Shown: positions 58,111 to 64,000 of the stretch, piece after piece
Layout of the letters: each line of letters begins with the position of its first letter
How positions within the stretch are numbered: the first letter of the stretch is position 1
Assembly: GCA_949298635.1 (NCBI GenBank)
Contig: CASFXG010000003.1
Span: 5,291 to 69,290, forward strand
DNA from: an uncultured Coriobacteriaceae bacterium
Lineage (GTDB): Bacteria; Actinomycetota; Coriobacteriia; Coriobacteriales; Coriobacteriaceae
Direction of reading: 5' to 3'
DNA: 64,000 nt
Translations under genes and position numbers: made by a program
Notes under the pieces: model-generated
Databases searched by the model: none
The model's input: the letters and a program-made list of their open reading frames with translations, nothing else
Told to the model about the DNA's origin: nothing

Positions 58111-58200
58111 GATGCGCTTGGCTCGAGGCTCGGATTGGTGCCCGTCGTGAAGTGATAACCTGATAACCAGCATTGGACGATCATCAGATTGGAGCTGCCT

Positions 58201-59712
58201 ATGCCCGCCACACCCGAAGCCGTCGCCCAGTTCCGCCAGCTCGAACGCGAGCTGTGGATGCGCCGGTATCTTATGGGAATCCTCGAGTTCGACGGCGAGA
58301 CCGTCGCGCCGCCCAAGGGTGCTCCCGCCCGAGCCGAGGCTATGGGCGCGCTCGCGGGCGAGTACCACAAGCTGCTCGTCGATCCGGCAGCGCGCAAGCT
58401 CGTCCTCGACCTGAAAGACCAAGTGGCGGAACAGGACGACCAGCAGCTCTACCTGGAGCTCCGCACCCTCGGGCGCGAGCAACAGGAGGCCATGGCGATC
58501 CCCACAGAGGAAGCAGCCGCGTTCTCCCAGCTCACGAGCGAAGCGAACGCCGTGTGGCACAAGGCGAAGCTCGCGAACGACTGGGCGAGCTTCGAGCCAT
58601 ACGTCGGCCGCATCGTGGAGACGCTCAAGCGCCATGCCACCTACATGAACCCCAACCGTGACGCGTACGACGTGTGGCTCGACCAATACGAGCGCGGCAT
58701 GGACGCCGCCTCGTACGACGCGTTCTTCGACCAGGTGCGCAAGACGGTCGTGCCCCTTGTACACGAGATCGCCCAGCGCCCGCAGCCGGAAGCGTCCTTC
58801 CTTTCCGCTTACGTTGACACGCCCACGCAGCTCGCCATCGCGCGCGACCTCATGGGGATCGTCGGCCTCGACCCCGAGGCAACCGTCCTCTCTTGCGTGG
58901 AGCACCCCTTCACGAACGGCATGGCGGCAGGCGACGTACGCATTACCACGCACATCTACGAGGACAACCTCATCTCCAACGTGTACTCGGTCATCCACGA
59001 GGCCGGCCACGCCATCTACGAGCAGAATGTCGACCCTTCGTATGCTTACACCTGCTTGGGCACCGGTTCCACCATGGGTATCCACGAGAGCCAGTCACGC
59101 TTCTTCGAGAACATCATCGGCCGTTCGCGCGCCTTCATGACGCCGCTGCTCGAGGTGCTGCGCCGTCATGCGCCCGAGGTCTACGGCAGCGTGACGGAAG
59201 ACGAGCTCTACCGCGCCGTCAACATCGCCACACCGTCGCTCATCCGCACCGAGGCAGACGAGCTCACCTACCCGCTGCACATCATGGTCCGCTACGACAT
59301 CGAGCGCCAGCTCTTCGCAGGCGACGCCACCGCGCGTGACATCCCCACGCTCTGGCAGAAGTACATGCACGAGTATCTGGGCATCGACGTGCCCAACGAC
59401 ACGCTTGGCTGCCTGCAGGACACGCACTGGTCTGGCGGCAGCTTTGGCTACTTCCCCAGCTACGCGCTCGGCAGCGCATACGGCGCGCAGATGGTGCCCT
59501 CCATGGAGGCCGCCGGCGTCGATCTTGCGGGCGCTTGCGGCTCTGGAGAGCTCGCACCGGTGTGCGATTGGCTGCGCGAGAAGATCTGGCGCTGGGGCGC
59601 GGGCAAGGACGGCGTCAAGCTGCTGCGAGAGGCGTGCGGTGCACCCTTCGACGCCGCGTTCTACTGCACCTACCTGCAGAACAAATTCTCCGACCTGTAT
59701 AACGTCAAATAA
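58201..59712 (+). CDS. M32 carboxypeptidase
   Basis: HPF, DVRITT, IHEAGH, HESQSR, IRTEADE, GCLQDTHW, GYFPSY. Confidence 0.95.
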   Translation: MPATPEAVAQFRQLERELWMRRYLMGILEFDGETVAPPKGAPARAEAMGALAGEYHKLLVDPAARKLVLDLKDQVAEQDDQQLYLELRTLGREQQEAMAIPTEEAAAFSQLTSEANAVWHKAKLANDWASFEPYVGRIVETLKRHATYMNPNRDAYDVWLDQYERGMDAASYDAFFDQVRKTVVPLVHEIAQRPQPEASFLSAYVDTPTQLAIARDLMGIVGLDPEATVLSCVEHPFTNGMAAGDVRITTHIYEDNLISNVYSVIHEAGHAIYEQNVDPSYAYTCLGTGSTMGIHESQSRFFENIIGRSRAFMTPLLEVLRRHAPEVYGSVTEDELYRAVNIATPSLIRTEADELTYPLHIMVRYDIERQLFAGDATARDIPTLWQKYMHEYLGIDVPNDTLGCLQDTHWSGGSFGYFPSYALGSAYGAQMVPSMEAAGVDLAGACGSGELAPVCDWLREKIWRWGAGKDGVKLLREACGAPFDAAFYCTYLQNKFSDLYNVK

Positions 59713-59836
59713 CCCCAGGGGTTTTTCGACATTACAACACAAACCGCCCCGGGAGCTTATTCGCAAGGCGAGGTAGCTCCCGGGGCGGTTTTCTTCTCTC
59801 TGCTGATGTTAAAAAACCCCTGGGGTAATTTAACAT
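59702..59836. repeat. Inverted pair of family A REPs enclosing a hairpin
   Basis: Copies at 59702-59732 (+) and 59806-59836 (-). Confidence 0.85.
59741..59792. terminator. Bidirectional terminator-like hairpin between convergent genes
   Basis: AAACCGCCCCGGGAGCT...AGCTCCCGGGGCGGTTTT. Confidence 0.75.
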
Positions 59837-59837
59837 C

Positions 59838-60881
59838 CTAGACGGTGAGGAACACCATCACGATGATCGCGGCGAAGCCGACGATATCCGTACCCGTAAA
59901 GACCGTGCCCAGCACAAGGGCGCTCGTCACGGCCGCCGAAACCGGCTCGATGGTGCCGATGAGGCTCGCGCGCATGGAGCCGATGTCCTTCACGCCCTGC
60001 ATGTAGAGCGAGTACGCCAGGCACGACCCCACCGCCGCGAGCACGATGAACGCCGCCCAGCCGATGCCGTCGAGCGCGGGCATATGCGCCCAAGGCTGAA
60101 CGAATGCGCTGGTAACAATACCTGAAAGCAGCATACCCATACCGGTCACGACCGATGCGCCGTACTCGCGCAGAAGGCGTGCGGGGATGATGGACATACA
60201 CGCCGCGCCAACAGCAGCAAGCAGGCCGACGACCAAGCCCTCGAACGGGATGGCGAGATTCGACGGATTGCCGCCCGTCGCAAGCAGATACGTCCCCACA
60301 AGCGCGAGCACCACGCCCGCGAGCTCGCGCTTGCGCGGCGCACGATGCGTGGTGAGGCACGCGTACACCATAATGATGATCAGCTGCAGGCATTGCAGCA
60401 CCGTCGCCGTTCCCGCATTGGTGAGGCGAATCGTCATGAGGTAACCCAGCTGGTTGAGGAGAACGCCCGAAGCGGCGAACACGGCGAGGATGCCCATATC
60501 ACGCTTGTTGCGCAGCAGCGCGAAGAGCTTATCCCGCTGGGTAAGGAGGATGACGACGAGGAAGATGCCGCCCGAAACCAGTTGTCGCATGCAGGCAAGC
60601 CAGAGCGTGTCGACCGCGTAGTTCTCGAAGAGAAAGTCCGCGCACGTGCCGGAGAAACCCCAGAACAGGCCGCCAAAAAGCGTAGCCAGCACGCCCGAGA
60701 CCGCGCGGCGCTCGCCTTCCGCATTCGCCTTCTCGCGCTTGCGGCGACGCCAGGCGCGCGAAACAGCATCGGTGCCAAGGTGCTCCTCCGCCAACTCGCG
60801 CTCGAGGATCTGATCTGCTTCCAGCGCCACGGCACTTCCCTCCCCATGTGTTTCGGCATACTGCGTCCGCACGTCTCGCAA
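59838..60881 (-). CDS. DMT/EamA-family transporter
   Basis: GLFWGFSG, NAGTATVLQ, AYSLYMQG, IEPVSA; about 10 TM segments. Confidence 0.9.
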   Translation of the reverse strand: MRDVRTQYAETHGEGSAVALEADQILERELAEEHLGTDAVSRAWRRRKREKANAEGERRAVSGVLATLFGGLFWGFSGTCADFLFENYAVDTLWLACMRQLVSGGIFLVVILLTQRDKLFALLRNKRDMGILAVFAASGVLLNQLGYLMTIRLTNAGTATVLQCLQLIIIMVYACLTTHRAPRKRELAGVVLALVGTYLLATGGNPSNLAIPFEGLVVGLLAAVGAACMSIIPARLLREYGASVVTGMGMLLSGIVTSAFVQPWAHMPALDGIGWAAFIVLAAVGSCLAYSLYMQGVKDIGSMRASLIGTIEPVSAAVTSALVLGTVFTGTDIVGFAAIIVMVFLTV

Positions 60882-61296
60882 CGTTCGACAAAATGTAACC
60901 TTACCGTATAAATTGGCAGGTAGACATAGTTAATTTCAATCTTTGTCCATGCTCGGCGAAGCCGCTTTATCCCGCCGGAGCATCCGCTTGGGAAACTCGT
61001 TCCCAACGCTTCGCGCGCTGCTCGCCGCGCATCGTGCTGCATATTTTCGCCACACAATGCGAAGTGAGAATTTCCGTCCAGGACTCAGATGCTCGCGTGC
61101 ATCGCGCAGCCACTCTCTTCACCGCCGCATGCCACGCTGTGCGAATCCGCTTATCGAGTCAAATCTCGCCTTTTACACAACTAGACGATCTTGAAAGCGC
61201 CTTATTGAGACTTTTCCGCATTTTTGCACGATAAGGTTCTCAAGGGCGAGCATTCGAATCGTTCGTGGGACTTTGGCACCAGGTCTCAAAATCCCA

Positions 61297-61487
61297 CTTC
61301 TCGTAGAAGAGCCCCGTTTCCCAAATCGCTCCAAATGAACAGTTTTCACGGTGCCGCCGAAGTAGCCGGGCGATTTCACTGGATGAAACTGCAGGTACAA
61401 GGATTAGGCATGTTCGCGCTACTTCGCAATCCCCCCGAAAACTGTTCATTTGACGCGATCTGGGAATCGGGACGCCTCTATTACAAG
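61297..61487. repeat. About 70-bp imperfect long inverted repeat (MITE-like relic)
   Basis: Arms 61297-61366 and 61418-61487 share the core CAAATGAACAGTTTTC / GAAAACTGTTCATTTG and CGAAGTAGC / GCTACTTCG. Confidence 0.75.
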
Positions 61488-61594
61488 GATTTCTGTCAAG
61501 GATCCAAATCCCCGCTCCCGCTTGCGCTGTCCGAGCAAGGGGGTATAACAGAATCCGTACGCATGTTGCCGAACATCCAACGAAAAGGAGTCGT

Positions 61595-64000
61595 ATGAGC
61601 ACCGCGTCCACGAACACCACCGCAACCTCGCCTGCCACCAGCGCAGCCGACGTATCTTCCGTCCGCACGTCAGCATGCGAGGCACTTACACCTGGCACCA
61701 CCACCTGCGGCTTCATTGTTGAGCGCACGGAAACCATCGACGAGCTCGACGCCGACGCGTACGTGCTGCGCCATGAGGCATCCGGCGCGCGCCTGCTCTA
61801 CCTCGCCTGCGACGATGAAAACAAGGCCTTCGCCATCGCCTTCAAAACGCCGCCCGCCAACAGCACCGGCGTCTTCCATATCCTCGAGCACTCGGTGCTC
61901 TGCGGGTCGGCAAAGTTCCCGGTCAAAGAGCCGTTTGTCGACCTCATCAAAAGCTCGATGCAGACGTTCTTGAACGCCATGACCTACCCCGACAAGACCG
62001 TCTACCCCGTCGCATCCACGAACGAGCAAGACCTGCTGAACCTCATGGACGTCTACATGGACGCCGTGCTCAACCCCATGATCTACACCAAGCTGACCAT
62101 CTTCCAGCAAGAAGGCTGGCACTACGAGCTCGACGTTCCCGAGGGCGCCAGCCTGTGCGACGGCGAGCTGCGCTATAACGGTGTTGTGTTCAACGAGATG
62201 AAAGGCGCGCTCTCCGACCCCATGAGTGTGCTCGACGATGCCATGAACGCCGCACTCTTCCCGAACACGCCCTATGCATTCGAATCTGGCGGCGACCCGC
62301 GTTGCATCCCGCAGCTCACCTACGACGAGTTCCTCGACACGCACGCACGCCACTACAACCTTGCGAACAGCTATATCGTGCTCTACGGCGATTTCCCCGA
62401 CGTGCGCCGCGAGCTCACGTTCTTGGACGAGCGCTACCTCTCTCGCGCGAACGCTGCAAGCGAGCGCATCGCAACCAAGCGCGCGGAGGGTGCCGAGGAG
62501 CCCGCGCTTGCACCCAATCCCCTGCCCATGCAGCAGCCTATCGTCTGCGACTACCGGCGCGTCGAGATGGAGACCACGCCCGAGAACGCGCTCGCTGGCA
62601 TGGCATATGTGATCGGCCAAGCGCTCGACGTGTTCCGCACCGTCGCGTCGGACGTGCTGTTTGAAGCAATCTTGGGCTCCAACGAGGCACCGGTTAAGAA
62701 GGCGATCATCGAGGCCGGCCTTGGCGGCAACGTGACGAGCTACACCTCGAACGCCTGCCAGCAGCCCTACGAGATGATCATGCTGCAGAATGCCAAGCCC
62801 GACGCCGCGCGCGAGCTGCGCCGTGTGATCGAGGAAACCTGTCGCGACCTTGTGGAGCACGGTGTTCCGCGCGACCGCTTGGAGGCCGTGATCTCGAACA
62901 ACGAGTACTCGCTGCGTCAGCGCGACTACGGTGTCGCAGACGGCGTGGCGCTCGCGTGCGATGCCCTCTCGACCTGGCTCTACGACGACGCTGCCGCCAC
63001 CGATGCCCTCAGGCTCGGCACCGTCTATGCGGATCTGCGCGATGCCCTCGAGGGAGATTTCTTCGAAAACCTGCTGCAAGAGCTCGTCTTGAACAGCGAG
63101 CATTGGGCGCTCGTGGAGCTCGTGCCGGTCGAGGAGCGTGCAGCCGATAGCGATCCTGGCGAGGCGGCAGAGCTCCAGGCACGCAAGGCCGCAATGACCG
63201 AGGCCGATCTGCAGAACGTCGTCGACCAGGTCGCCGAGCTGCGCCGCCAGCAAGAGGCCGAAGATGCGCCCGAAGATCGCGCCAAGCTGCCGCGCCTGCA
63301 CGTTGCAGACATTGGCGACGCCCGCCCCGAACCGCGCTTCGAGCTGGACGAGACGACGCCCCTGCCGTGCCTGCACCACCACATCGCCACGCACCGGCTT
63401 GCCTATGCGCTCACGTACTTCGACCTCAGCCACCTGAGCTTCGCCGAACTTCCCTATGCGAAGATCCTCTGCCGCCTCATGCAGCAGCTTCCCACAGCAC
63501 AGCGCACGGCGGCCGAGCTCGACAGCTACATTGGCTCCAACCTCGGCTTCCTCTCGTTTACCACCGAGGTGTACCTGCAAGAGAGCAACTGGCACCTTGC
63601 GCGTCCGCTGCTGCTCGTCTCTGCGGGCGCGCTTTCGGAGAAGATCGACGCGCTCGCGAACATTCCGCGTGAGGTTTGGGCGGAGACGCTATTCGAAGAC
63701 ACCGGTCGCATCCGCGACGTGCTCACGCAGATGCGCATCGGCATGGAGCAGGCATTTTTGAACGCCGGCCACCAAGCGGCACTCGGACGCGCACTCACCT
63801 ACGTCTCGCCGGCCGCAGTGGTCTCCGACCAGCTCGCCGGCGTGGAGTTCTACCGCTTCCTGCGCGATTTGCTCGACAACTTCGACGACCGCATCGATAG
63901 CCTGTGCGATACCCTCCGCGACCTGCAGCGCCGCATCTTCACGAGCACAGGCACCATCGCAAGCTTCACCGGCTCGGACGAGGACTACGCGCGCTACTGG
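61595..64000 (+). CDS. M16C (insulinase/presequence protease-like) metallopeptidase, runs off the right edge
   Basis: Manual translation: HEASGARL, FKTPP..STGVFHILEHSVLCGS.KFPVKEPF, FLNAMTYPDKTVYP, QEGWHYE, GVVFNEMKG; RBS AAGGAG. Confidence 0.93.
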   Translation, partial: MSTASTNTTATSPATSAADVSSVRTSACEALTPGTTTCGFIVERTETIDELDADAYVLRHEASGARLLYLACDDENKAFAIAFKTPPANSTGVFHILEHSVLCGSAKFPVKEPFVDLIKSSMQTFLNAMTYPDKTVYPVASTNEQDLLNLMDVYMDAVLNPMIYTKLTIFQQEGWHYELDVPEGASLCDGELRYNGVVFNEMKGALSDPMSVLDDAMNAALFPNTPYAFESGGDPRCIPQLTYDEFLDTHARHYNLANSYIVLYGDFPDVRRELTFLDERYLSRANAASERIATKRAEGAEEPALAPNPLPMQQPIVCDYRRVEMETTPENALAGMAYVIGQALDVFRTVASDVLFEAILGSNEAPVKKAIIEAGLGGNVTSYTSNACQQPYEMIMLQNAKPDAARELRRVIEETCRDLVEHGVPRDRLEAVISNNEYSLRQRDYGVADGVALACDALSTWLYDDAAATDALRLGTVYADLRDALEGDFFENLLQELVLNSEHWALVELVPVEERAADSDPGEAAELQARKAAMTEADLQNVVDQVAELRRQQEAEDAPEDRAKLPRLHVADIGDARPEPRFELDETTPLPCLHHHIATHRLAYALTYFDLSHLSFAELPYAKILCRLMQQLPTAQRTAAELDSYIGSNLGFLSFTTEVYLQESNWHLARPLLLVSAGALSEKIDALANIPREVWAETLFEDTGRIRDVLTQMRIGMEQAFLNAGHQAALGRALTYVSPAAVVSDQLAGVEFYRFLRDLLDNFDDRIDSLCDTLRDLQRRIFTSTGTIASFTGSDEDYARYW

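Noticed and set aside
61670-63595. 641-aa minus-strand ORF
   Set aside because: Antisense to the real plus-strand M16C peptidase, which the track missed because it has no stop in the window.

Overview
High-GC chromosomal window. Gene content, leaderless-looking starts and a T-box point to a gut Actinomycetota, probably Coriobacteriia (Collinsella/Enorma-like); this is an inference. From left to right: rsmI (partial), a GH5-fold protein lacking the NEP acid/base motif, tRNA-Phe followed by toxin-antitoxin genes, and a Tad/Flp pilus operon. Then rsgA, a P-type ATPase, and a ~15 kb sugar-acid catabolic locus (DUF1537 kinase, Fe-ADH, DHDPS-like aldolase, PdxA2, DASS transporter, two esterases, BNR/sialidase-like protein, YhcH, MFS, degenerate PrpR-type regulator). 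Then pyk, a DUF559-like nuclease gene bracketed by two 140-bp palindromic elements, T-box-controlled pheST, a VapC/FitA pair and a split DUF3830/cucumopine-synthase-like pair. Last come a Fic gene, an AT-richer island with a Sau3AI-like R-M system whose methylase is coupled to PIN-GNAT-ASCH and ASCH genes, and M32 and M16 peptidases. Three stand-alone AAA-nuclease ATPases are scattered through the window. The best candidates for undescribed biology are: (1) the R-M + PIN-GNAT-ASCH/ASCH defence operon; (2) a predicted ulosaric-acid (Dha-like) to D-threonate to DHAP pathway; (3) several families of REP-like palindromes, many with a CCNGG centre, that bound accessory genes like cassettes; (4) gene-specific phased operator arrays upstream of the Fic and AAA genes. 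All protein calls come from motif recognition by eye; no database search was run.
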